From contig JBJKQR010000043.1 in NCBI GenBank assembly GCA_046735395.1, positions 1-41,926 of the forward strand: a stretch of DNA of 41,926 bases, read 5' to 3'. The DNA is from Fidelibacterota bacterium (GTDB lineage Bacteria; Fidelibacterota; Fidelibacteria; Fidelibacterales; DSDE01). Shown here piece by piece: positions 28,758-37,680 of this stretch; the stretch's first letter is position 1; each line of letters starts with the position of its first letter. The position numbers and the translations under genes were made by a program. A model generated the notes under the pieces. It saw only the letters and a list, made by a program, of their open reading frames with translations. It searched no databases and was not told the DNA's origin.

Positions 28758-29650
28758 TCAGCCATTCCCTGCATCATATCCATGAAGGACCCTTTTGTGA
28801 ATCCCTGCGCAGTACCCGGCACGGCAAAGGCCTTCGCCTGAGGCCGGACAAAATCAATCTGAGTGATGCAGCGAACCGTCAGTTCCGCCGGTTCCGAGAC
28901 CGTGCTGTAGGAACGGACTTCAACCGGAATCTTTCCGGGCAGAAGATCCCATTCGTCATTTCCGGCGTTCTCCCCGGAGGGCAGCATCTCCGCAAGCTTC
29001 CCCGAGACCGCCTTTGCCTTCCTGGATAATCCGTGACTGTCCTCGGCCGCCCAGACGATGGTGACTTCCGCTTCCCGCCGGATAATATATTTTTCGCAGT
29101 CAAAACCATATTTGGTCATTTTTTCGCCCGTATCAGTAATTTTAGCCGACGAACTGTTCCGGGCCGCTTTCATGGCCGCCCTCACCTGTTCTGCCTGTTC
29201 GGGAGGAAGCTGGCTCAGCATGGCCTGCGACGCTGCCTCCGCCTGCTGCTGCATCTGTTTCATGTCTGCTGAGGAAACCTCATATACTTTCTTTTCCGGC
29301 CAGGCAATCAAATAAAAACCCTTTCGGGTCAGATCTGAAATTACGGTTGTCCGGCCTTCCTCGGATCGGGTGTCGACAGCCAGCTTATTCCCATCCATGC
29401 TGATGGTAAGATTTTCTATCGTCAGCGGCTCCCCGTCCTCTTCGGCTGCCTCCCGGATCCGGCTTTCCGGCAGTTCCAGAATATACATGGCCTCATCATT
29501 GTTCTGATCAAATTCCATATCATCCGGTATCAGGCCGAGCGAAACGGGAACGCTGTATTCCGTCTGTGTGATGACATACTGCGCCTGAACATGAGCCCAG
29601 GACAGCAGAACCATGATTCCGGAAAAAAGCAGTAAAGGAATTGTCTTCAT
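28754..29650 (-). CDS. Secreted protein, DUF4412-like
   Basis: Signal peptide; TGEKMTKYGFDCEKY and C-terminal AFAVP motif; RBS AGGAG. Confidence 0.7.
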   Translation of the reverse strand: MKTIPLLLFSGIMVLLSWAHVQAQYVITQTEYSVPVSLGLIPDDMEFDQNNDEAMYILELPESRIREAAEEDGEPLTIENLTISMDGNKLAVDTRSEEGRTTVISDLTRKGFYLIAWPEKKVYEVSSADMKQMQQQAEAASQAMLSQLPPEQAEQVRAAMKAARNSSSAKITDTGEKMTKYGFDCEKYIIRREAEVTIVWAAEDSHGLSRKAKAVSGKLAEMLPSGENAGNDEWDLLPGKIPVEVRSYSTVSEPAELTVRCITQIDFVRPQAKAFAVPGTAQGFTKGSFMDMMQGMAE

Positions 29651-29839
29651 TTTCAGCTCCTTTTAACGATATAACCCGGTAATTTCATTTCAAAGCAGAT
29701 GCTTTCGTATTTCTGCAAGTGTAACACTTCGTACAATTGGAATCAAGATATAATCCTGCGGATGTGAAATACATCGTCGCGGGATACATCGGTTTTGGGA
29801 GAGAAGAGAGTTGGGAAGAAATCGTTGGCGGGTTGAAAT

Positions 29840-29872
29840 AAAAAAAGCACCGGGCCAGGACTCAGGTGCTTT
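29840..29872 (-). terminator. Intrinsic terminator after the AT-rich island genes
   Basis: On the - strand AAAGCACC...GGTGCTTTTTTT. Confidence 0.6.
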
Positions 29873-29898
29873 CTAAAGTAGTATTTCAGCTCATATTC

Positions 29899-31377
29899 TT
29901 ATTTCAAATACACGACTTTCCGATTCTGGCTGAAGTCAGATGCAGTCATTCTGATGATATAGACACCCGCCGGAACCGCTGCTCCATTCAAATTACGGCC
30001 ATTCCAGACAATACTGTATCTGCCGGGCGTAAAGCTGGACCTGCCATATTCCCAAACTTTATGGCCCTGCAGATCATAGATACACATATTCATTTGAGCT
30101 TCTTCCGGGATATCAAAATCAATTGTAGTTGAAGGATTAAACGGATTCGGATAAGCAGGCATTAAACTGAAGGCCGCAGGAATATGATCAGTGTCTCTTT
30201 GAAATGTTCTTTTCTCAATCGGGCCGTCTCCAAGGAAAGATACAACATTTGAATAACCTGATGATAATAATGACAAATCGTTTGAAACCGCTCTGATTTT
30301 GTATTGATAGGTATCTCCAAATCGATCATATGCAACAGTATTATCAGTATATGAGGCCGGCGTTATATTTTGTGCAATGCGTTGATACGTAGAATTATAG
30401 GTTCTATATACATCGTATTTCGGCTGGCCATTTTGAGAAGTACTCGCGGTCCATGTTAAATAGGGGTGATTATTTACTTTGGTTGCAGTTAATCCGGTGG
30501 GATTGGTAGGCATTCCCGCAAAATTTATGACAACCGAATTCGATACGACATTATTATTAACAGTTTCAATTCTGTAAGAAGGTAGATTGTTGATATCAAA
30601 ATCTATATCCGAATCTGTGAATGATCGCGCATCAGCCTGGGTCGTAGCAGCCAGCTGCTCACCGGGAGGATTGGATCCATCTGCAGTTCTGTATATTTTA
30701 AAACCGGTCAGATAGGTATCTGAATGATTATATGTCCATTGAAGATAGGGATGGTTCCCTGTATCCACGCTTCCCGCGACGTCTGATGGAGCATAGGGCT
30801 GAAATTTTGCAGTGCTTGGCACATAAGTACCGCCAGGATATTTAATATCCCAGATTCTCACTGTACTTCCAGTTCCTTTTTCTTCAAAAGGTAAAGTTCC
30901 TGCCATACTGGAAATAGAAAAGGGATCATCATTATTTGGTGTATAGCAGATCCATATATCTATTTCGTGACCCGAATACCCCCCAAAAAAGTTATAAAAT
31001 CCATAATTATCATCTCTAAAATCCAAATAAATATAATCTTCTGGAATATCTGTATTATATAATTTATATAATCCATACCCATATGTATCTGCAATATTTC
31101 CACCCGCTGAAAGGCAGTTATTAAAGCCGGAAGAGAATGTTAAGTCGTTGTCAGCAATGCACGATAAAATATGGTAGTTTTCTGTCATCCACATAGTGTT
31201 TTCGTTGAAATCTCCATCCCATATAGTTGACTCAGCTGTCATAGTAAAACTTGTTGTTCCTGTCGAGTTGTTAGGAACGTCCGCCGTAAGGAATATTTCA
31301 AGTGTGTAGGCTGTTGTTTCTCCATACAACAACCCATAACACCATAACGTTATAAGACTCACGATTATTTTTTTCAA
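29899..31377 (-). CDS. Secreted protein with two FN3-like repeats and FlgD-Ig/T9SS-like C-terminal sorting domain
   Basis: Signal peptide (TTG start); HPYLQW...FKIYR and HPYLTW...YDVYR repeats; AYPNPFNPSTTIDFDIP...WNGRN...GVYII. Confidence 0.85.
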   Translation of the reverse strand: MKKIIVSLITLWCYGLLYGETTAYTLEIFLTADVPNNSTGTTSFTMTAESTIWDGDFNENTMWMTENYHILSCIADNDLTFSSGFNNCLSAGGNIADTYGYGLYKLYNTDIPEDYIYLDFRDDNYGFYNFFGGYSGHEIDIWICYTPNNDDPFSISSMAGTLPFEEKGTGSTVRIWDIKYPGGTYVPSTAKFQPYAPSDVAGSVDTGNHPYLQWTYNHSDTYLTGFKIYRTADGSNPPGEQLAATTQADARSFTDSDIDFDINNLPSYRIETVNNNVVSNSVVINFAGMPTNPTGLTATKVNNHPYLTWTASTSQNGQPKYDVYRTYNSTYQRIAQNITPASYTDNTVAYDRFGDTYQYKIRAVSNDLSLLSSGYSNVVSFLGDGPIEKRTFQRDTDHIPAAFSLMPAYPNPFNPSTTIDFDIPEEAQMNMCIYDLQGHKVWEYGRSSFTPGRYSIVWNGRNLNGAAVPAGVYIIRMTASDFSQNRKVVYLK

Positions 31378-31389
31378 ATTTTTTCTTCC

Positions 31390-32613
31390 CTATTTTATAA
31401 TGTTCAGAATTCCAGAATCATCATTCCAGTCAGGGTAAATTAATTTTCCATTATCCGTTATAGCGGGAGATGGTCCCAGTAAACGCTGATCCGGTATGTC
31501 AATGGACCATAACAATCTTCCATCCATACTGATTGCCATCACCTTGTTACTGTTAGAATAATCTCCCCTGCTTCCAGCTACATAAATCGTGTTTTTTACA
31601 TCACTGACAAGCGAACAATAATTATTAAAACCTGTTTCAAAGCCATATTTCCATCGCAATCCACCATCGTTTCGGAAAGAATACAACGTATCGGAAGCAA
31701 AATAAATATTTCCATTATAATCAATGGTTGCTTCCGTATTGTCCAAGACAAACCGGCTCTTGATATCATATTTCCAATTCATCTCGCCATTTTCATTTAT
31801 CGAATAAAAGGTCCAAAGATGAGTGGATCCAGCAGTATACATATCAGGTGTAAAATATAAGTTGCCGGCATTATCTATTGCTGGTGATGACAGTAGGATT
31901 TTATTACCGAATGTCCATTTTACCTCGTGGCTCGAAACGTCAATGGCAATAATTGACACGCTGTCACCCTGAATATATACGGTTTTTCCATCGGGTGAAA
32001 ACGCGGGTGAAATGTCACCGCTTTCCTTCTGAAACCGATCATCAGTCAATGTCCAAAGAAGCGTACCTGTAACATCAACAACATTCAGGGTGCCATTTTT
32101 ATCAACAAAGTATGTATTCCCATCTTTATCAATATTACACCCCAGGGAGTAAGACTCCGTAACATGCAAACTCCAGAGCAAGTTTCCGGATTGAGTCAAA
32201 GCCGTATAATCACTCCCATGGGGTAGATACAAAATACTGTCCTTGGATAAAAGAGGAGTTGAAACTGTCGGCCCGAGTGACTTTTGCCAGATCAGATTTC
32301 CATTATAATCAAAACAGTAAAAATTACGGAGAGCCCCAAAATAGATGGTAGAGGAAAAACCGATGATCGGAACACTTAAACTATAGGTCGTCAGCAGTTT
32401 TTTTTCAAGGATGCCCTCTTTTGGCCCCTCATATGGACTTCGTCCCGTATGCTGAGGATCGTGCTGAAACATGGGCCAGGGCGAATCCGCCAGAGAGGGC
32501 CAGTCGATATTCACCTGCGGTACCGCACCGTCATCTTTTTTTTCATTCTGAGGTTCGTCACAGCTGCCCAGGATGAAAATACACAGCGCTGCGGTAAAAA
32601 TGTTCTTAATCAT
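31390..32613 (-). CDS. PQQ-like beta-propeller lipoprotein
   Basis: Lipobox LGSC; WPMFQHDPQHTG; repeated G-x-L-x-W and SSPAI blades; ATG 32613 after GAGG. Confidence 0.85.
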   Translation of the reverse strand: MIKNIFTAALCIFILGSCDEPQNEKKDDGAVPQVNIDWPSLADSPWPMFQHDPQHTGRSPYEGPKEGILEKKLLTTYSLSVPIIGFSSTIYFGALRNFYCFDYNGNLIWQKSLGPTVSTPLLSKDSILYLPHGSDYTALTQSGNLLWSLHVTESYSLGCNIDKDGNTYFVDKNGTLNVVDVTGTLLWTLTDDRFQKESGDISPAFSPDGKTVYIQGDSVSIIAIDVSSHEVKWTFGNKILLSSPAIDNAGNLYFTPDMYTAGSTHLWTFYSINENGEMNWKYDIKSRFVLDNTEATIDYNGNIYFASDTLYSFRNDGGLRWKYGFETGFNNYCSLVSDVKNTIYVAGSRGDYSNSNKVMAISMDGRLLWSIDIPDQRLLGPSPAITDNGKLIYPDWNDDSGILNIIK

Positions 32614-32739
32614 TTTCCTCTCCTCTTTGAACATGATTCCGTCTCAAACCTTTTCATTTCTGAATCCAACGATCGGCCGCCCTACTCGTCACTTCATTAC
32701 CTCCAAACAGTCATAATTCAAACTTCGCCCTAATCTAAA

Positions 32740-33290
32740 AAAAAAAAACGATTCGGGCAATAGAAAAATGTTGATGCGTTAAAGCGTTGATGAGTTGACG
32801 AATAGACGTTAATGTGTAGAAGCGGAAGAAACGGAACATGTAGAGCGGTAAAGTAGTAAAGTGGTAGAGTTGGGAAGAAACGAGAATTCACCGCGTCTAT
32901 AGAATTTCGGTAGAGACGTTGCATGCAACGTCTGTACACGCTGTAAAGAGTCACGCTTGTTTCGATTTTATCGGCATCCTCGCAACTCGGAAAGCAGATT
33001 GCGCTGCGGATCAGGTCCGCAGTGACAGTCCGCAATGACAGAAGGACACGCGCAGGGAGGCGAAGGCGAAGACTTAGGTTGAGGTTGAGGATAAGAAAGA
33101 AACGAGAGACTGCCCTGCTATGGAATATCGGGCTCCTTCCTCTTTCTTCCTGGCTCCTGGCTCCTTATGCCTTTCAGCTCGCCTGCAGCGTCGTAGCTGA
33201 GCGAAGCGAAACGAAGACGGGCTACTCATTACTCGATACTCGCTACTCGTTACTGTCGAAGCGAAGCGTAGACGGGCCTTCTGGCGTCTT
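32740..33290. repeat. Mosaic non-coding repeat locus 2
   Basis: Octamer tracts 32768-32870; GAAACGAG at 32877 and 33099; GTAG palindrome 32910-32937; GGTTGA hexamers; TACTCG heptamers; 32911-33040 is similar to 41255-41385. Confidence 0.85.
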
Positions 33291-33352
33291 CCGATTATCT
33301 CTGCAAAGTTTTAGTGTTTTTTTTATCACAACTGCCTAACTTTCCCCACCCT

Positions 33353-34426
33353 ATGAATGCTTCACCATCACGACGAACGAAATCCCTTCTGCCTCTGCCC
33401 CTCGAGCAGGATGTGGAGACGAAGGCCATCCTGAAAAAATTATCCCGGGTGTACCGGAGCCTGGCGGAATTGAAGGAACTCTCCACCCGCTTCCCGGACC
33501 CGGATATTTTATTGAATACGCTGGGCCTGCTGGAAGCGAAGGACAGCTCGGCCATCGAGAACTGCATCGCCACCCTGGATGACCTGTACAAGGCGGAAGT
33601 CCGGCTGAACGGATTTAACTCCGAGGCTGCCCGGGAAGTACAGACCTGTTTCACCGCATTGAAAACCGGCAACGGCCTCGTTACGGAAAATCATCTCCTG
33701 ACCAAATACGATATCATTGAAGTCCAGTCCGGCTTCAAGAAGCGGAAAGCGGGTTTTCGGAAGGCACCCGGCCGCCGGCGCAGGAGGGAGAAGGCCGGAG
33801 TCCAGCCCCAGACCTACGACAGCATCGTTGCGCTCATGGCAAATCTGGAACAGTTTATCAATGACGAATCCATGTCCGATCTGGATTCTCTGGTAAAAAT
33901 GGCCATTATTCATCATCGATTCGAAAGCATTTATCCCTTCCGGATCGGGAATGGCCGCACCGGACGGATCATTGATACCCTTTATCTGGTCATGAATGAT
34001 ATCCTGGAAGTTCCGGTTCTGGGCCTGAGCGGCTACATCCTGGCACACAAAGGCGATTATTACGAATTAATGAAACAGGCCCGGGAGAAAAACAGCTGGG
34101 AAAACTGGATTTTATATATCCTGGAAGCTGTCCATGAGGCATCTCTGAACGCTGCGGCGCTCATCAGGGGAATGGATGCCCAGATGAAGAATCTTCATGA
34201 GCAGCTGAAAAAGGAATACAAATTTTATTCGCCCGAACTCGTGAACAGCCTGTTCCGCCATCCCTACACGAAAATCGGATTCATCGTGAAGGAATTGCAG
34301 GTCACCCGCATTACCGCCGCCAAATATCTCGATGAGCTGGCTGAGGGCGGTGTCCTTCGCAAGGAAAAGCTGGGCACAGGGAATTATTTTGTGAATGAAA
34401 GACTCTTTGAACTTCTGGATGCCTGA
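33353..34426 (+). CDS. Fic-family protein (class II, Fic_N + C-terminal wHTH) with degenerate active site
   Basis: EAKDSSAIEN inhibitory helix; IYPFRIGNGRTGR in place of HPFxDGNGRxxR; C-terminal VTRITAAKYL helix-turn-helix. Confidence 0.88.
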   Translation: MNASPSRRTKSLLPLPLEQDVETKAILKKLSRVYRSLAELKELSTRFPDPDILLNTLGLLEAKDSSAIENCIATLDDLYKAEVRLNGFNSEAAREVQTCFTALKTGNGLVTENHLLTKYDIIEVQSGFKKRKAGFRKAPGRRRRREKAGVQPQTYDSIVALMANLEQFINDESMSDLDSLVKMAIIHHRFESIYPFRIGNGRTGRIIDTLYLVMNDILEVPVLGLSGYILAHKGDYYELMKQAREKNSWENWILYILEAVHEASLNAAALIRGMDAQMKNLHEQLKKEYKFYSPELVNSLFRHPYTKIGFIVKELQVTRITAAKYLDELAEGGVLRKEKLGTGNYFVNERLFELLDA

Positions 34427-34503
34427 CCTGAAGAGCATGCTCGTGGCGTCCCAAGTCGCTTATTACCGAAAATACTTTATAAATATTAATAACGCGCAAG
34501 CTG

Positions 34504-34878
34504 TCAGGCTTTATTTTTCTGCCGGATCTCCGCGTCTTTTTCTGCCTTCCGCAGCCGGGCAATCCGCCGGATAAGTTCCAGAGGCAGCGCTTCGCTGTTC
34601 TGAAACTGAATGGACCCTTTGCCGCTTTTGTAGTCTGCTATTTCATCCCGCAGCTGTTTCAGAACATCGGGAAGGGGATAGATGCCGATATGATGTTTGA
34701 ATCCGGCATAATGAATGAGATTTCCATGGTAGAGGATGGTCGGCATCTGATATTTGATATCCTCGTCACCCTCCGGAATTTCCTCAAACAGAAGATCCCG
34801 GATCTGCATGAGACGGGCCCGGATTTCTTCATCAAATCCCTCAAAGTAGCTTCGGATATTTTCCTTCATCATTTTCAT
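34504..34878 (-). CDS. DUF1801/YdhG-like protein
   Basis: IKYQMPT, YAGFKHHIGIYP, KGSIQF...LPLELIRRI. Confidence 0.85.
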   Translation of the reverse strand: MKMMKENIRSYFEGFDEEIRARLMQIRDLLFEEIPEGDEDIKYQMPTILYHGNLIHYAGFKHHIGIYPLPDVLKQLRDEIADYKSGKGSIQFQNSEALPLELIRRIARLRKAEKDAEIRQKNKA

Positions 34879-34885
34879 CGGCAGG

Positions 34886-37054
34886 TCAGCGCTCTTTTTT
34901 CGCTAATTCCTCCCGGAGTGTTTCCGCGCTGAGAGGCAGCTGGAGCAGCCGGACGCCGACCGCATCAAAAACCGCATTGGCGATGACCGAACCCATGGTG
35001 ATGATGGCCGGTTCGCCGCCGCCCTGAGGTGCGTCATCGGGTGCATCCACAATGACCGTTTCGATCTTCGGAAGCCAGGAAAAGCGGGGAATTTCATAGC
35101 TGTCGAAATTGAGGTCGAGAATCCGGCTTCCTGTGAAATGGATATCCTCCTTCAGGGCATAGCCCAGGCCCATGGTGATACAGCCTTCCATCTGAATGGT
35201 CGCGCCTTCGGGATTGATAACCAGGCCCATGTCCTGGGCACAGACGACCCGATGCACGGTGATCTCACCGCTTTTCCGGTCCACGCTCACTTCCGCGATC
35301 GTGGCCACGGAGGTGCCCGCATCGATTCCGCAGGTCACGCCGTAACCTCGTCCGCTGGGTGCCGGAGCCGGTTTCCAGCCGAATTTATCCGCCGCGGCCT
35401 TCAGAACCCGGCGCATCTTTTCATCGCTCAGATGTTTCATGCGGAATTCCACCGGATCCGTAGCGGCAGCAGCTGCCATCACATCCATATGCGATTCGCG
35501 GGCGAAGGTATTGGTATTGTTTCCCGGTGCGCGCCAGGCGCCGGTTGCAAAAGGATGGGTCCCCGGTGCGCTTCCCCAGCCGGAACTGTGAGACACAGTG
35601 CTGGAATTGGGAATATCGTAGAAATGCTCCGCACCCCGTTCTCCGGCATAATAGACGTGGTAATCCCAGAAGGACAGGTTGCCGTCCTTATCCAGGCCGG
35701 AATTGATTTTGACAATGGCCGCCGGGCGGAAGCTGTCCCAGAAGAATTCATCCTCCCGCGACCAGGCCACCATGACCGGCGTTCCGCTGAGTTGGGACAG
35801 ACGGGCAGCCTGCACAGCCTGCAGGTTATTCGTCTTCCCGCCGAAGCCTCCCCCCACAAAGGGCGAAATGACATGAACATTTTTCTCGGGAATTCCCAGA
35901 GCCCGGGCCACTTCCGGTTTGACACGAAAGGGCGCCTGGGACGAGGGCCAGACCCGCGCCCGGTCTCCCTCCACATGCGCCAGCGCCGTGTGCGGTTCCA
36001 TGGGTGAATGGGCTTTGTAGCCGTCTGTATACGTATTATCGGCCGTCGTTTCGGCGTCTGCCTTTCCATCTTTCAGGCTGCCCTGCTTCGCCACGCTTTC
36101 CCCGGCAGGCGCCACCTTCAGCAGATGATCAAAAATGGTTTTTTCATTCAGATCCGAATCGGGAATATCCCATTCCGCTCTGATCCGGGCCAGCGCCATG
36201 TCAGCCACATCCGGATATTCATGAAGCACGGCAACGAGGTCCCCGTCTTCGATGACCCGGACCCCGTCCATCTGTTTCGCTATCGATACATTTAGAGAAA
36301 GCCGTTTCGCGTCATGGGACGGAGGACGGAGAATGCGCGCATAGAGCATTCCCGGCAGCCGCATATCTCCGGCATACAGGGCCGATCCCGTCACCTTATC
36401 ATGACCGTCCCGATGCAGCACGGAGCGCCCCATCACCCGGAACTGATCCGGCGTTTTCAGCGGCACCTTTCCCGATGCCTGCCGGGCGATCTTCTGCCCC
36501 TTGCTCAGCTGAGCGTAGGAAATATTTTTACTCCTGTCCGAACGAACGCTGACTGTACCGTTTTCCGTGATAAGGTCCTCAACAGGCCGCTTCAGGATTT
36601 CGGAGGCCAATTCAAGCAGAACCCTGCGGCCCTCAGCACCGGCAGCCCGCAGCGGCGGGCCGAAAAATCGTGTGGACATGGATCCGAAGGTCCCCATATC
36701 CCAGGGACAGAGATCCGTGTCACCCATGACCATATCAACTGACTCCAGCGCCACATCCAGTTCATCCGCCAGCATCTGCGCCAGGGATGTGATGACACCC
36801 TGGCCCATTTCAATCTTGCCGGTATAGCAGCTTACCCGTCCATCCTCTCCGATGCGCAGAAAGGCATTGAAATCGGTGGGCAGAGAGGGACGTGACCGCC
36901 GGCCCGATCCTTCCTGGCCGAATAGCGTCATATCACCGAGCGCCATCATAATAATGATCCCGCCGCCCAGGGTCTGAATAAAGTCCCGCCGGCTGAGGAC
37001 GAATTCCCCCTGACGGTCCGTAAAATTCATATCGAGGTATTTATCGCGTTTCAT
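34886..37054 (-). CDS. Xanthine dehydrogenase-family molybdopterin subunit (IorB-like) with Tat signal
   Basis: SRRDFI twin-arginine motif; KIEMGQG, GTFGSMS, VGGGFGGK, WRAPG, GGGEP; start at 37054 just downstream of the small-subunit gene. Confidence 0.9.
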   Translation of the reverse strand: MKRDKYLDMNFTDRQGEFVLSRRDFIQTLGGGIIIMMALGDMTLFGQEGSGRRSRPSLPTDFNAFLRIGEDGRVSCYTGKIEMGQGVITSLAQMLADELDVALESVDMVMGDTDLCPWDMGTFGSMSTRFFGPPLRAAGAEGRRVLLELASEILKRPVEDLITENGTVSVRSDRSKNISYAQLSKGQKIARQASGKVPLKTPDQFRVMGRSVLHRDGHDKVTGSALYAGDMRLPGMLYARILRPPSHDAKRLSLNVSIAKQMDGVRVIEDGDLVAVLHEYPDVADMALARIRAEWDIPDSDLNEKTIFDHLLKVAPAGESVAKQGSLKDGKADAETTADNTYTDGYKAHSPMEPHTALAHVEGDRARVWPSSQAPFRVKPEVARALGIPEKNVHVISPFVGGGFGGKTNNLQAVQAARLSQLSGTPVMVAWSREDEFFWDSFRPAAIVKINSGLDKDGNLSFWDYHVYYAGERGAEHFYDIPNSSTVSHSSGWGSAPGTHPFATGAWRAPGNNTNTFARESHMDVMAAAAATDPVEFRMKHLSDEKMRRVLKAAADKFGWKPAPAPSGRGYGVTCGIDAGTSVATIAEVSVDRKSGEITVHRVVCAQDMGLVINPEGATIQMEGCITMGLGYALKEDIHFTGSRILDLNFDSYEIPRFSWLPKIETVIVDAPDDAPQGGGEPAIITMGSVIANAVFDAVGVRLLQLPLSAETLREELAKKER

Positions 37055-37058
37055 CTCT

Positions 37059-37535
37059 TCAGCCTCCCATCTCTTCGGAAGCAGCCTGAATGGCTTCAAT
37101 AATTCGCTTGTGCGCGCCACAGCGGCAGAGATTATCCTCCATGCCGTCCCGGATCTGTTTTTCCGTGGGATGGGGATTCCTATTCAGCAGATCCGCCGCC
37201 GTCATGATCATCCCCGGAGTGCAGTAACCACACTGGAGAGCGTCATGATCCATGAAGGCCTTCTGCAGAGGATGAAGCGCGCCATCCCGGAACATGCCCT
37301 CAATGGTTGTCACCGACCGGTTTTCCACTTCCTTCAGACTGGTCTGACAGGAGCGCCGCGCCTCCCCGTCGATCAGAACCGTACAGCTGCCGCAGTACCC
37401 TTCCCCGCAGCCGAATTTTGTTCCCGTCAGCGCCAGATCCAACCGCAGTACCCACAGAAGCATCCGGCTGCTGTCTGCCATCACGCTGACCGGCTTCCCG
37501 TTCAGGATGAATGCCACACGTTCCGTCATCATCAT
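37059..37535 (-). CDS. (2Fe-2S)-binding small subunit (IorA/CoxS-like)
   Basis: GTKFGCGEGYCGSC, QCGYCTPG, NLCRCG. Confidence 0.93.
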   Translation of the reverse strand: MMMTERVAFILNGKPVSVMADSSRMLLWVLRLDLALTGTKFGCGEGYCGSCTVLIDGEARRSCQTSLKEVENRSVTTIEGMFRDGALHPLQKAFMDHDALQCGYCTPGMIMTAADLLNRNPHPTEKQIRDGMEDNLCRCGAHKRIIEAIQAASEEMGG

Positions 37536-37680
37536 CTCCTTTTATTCAATAGGACAGAATATTCCCCGCAATACCAATCTGTTTTCCACATCAATAATAC
37601 TACAACCTTCCCCTTTTTCGCCACACTTTTATTCTGTGCCGGGGCAGAGCAGCGGAAACCCGTCATCCGCGATCCCTGCT

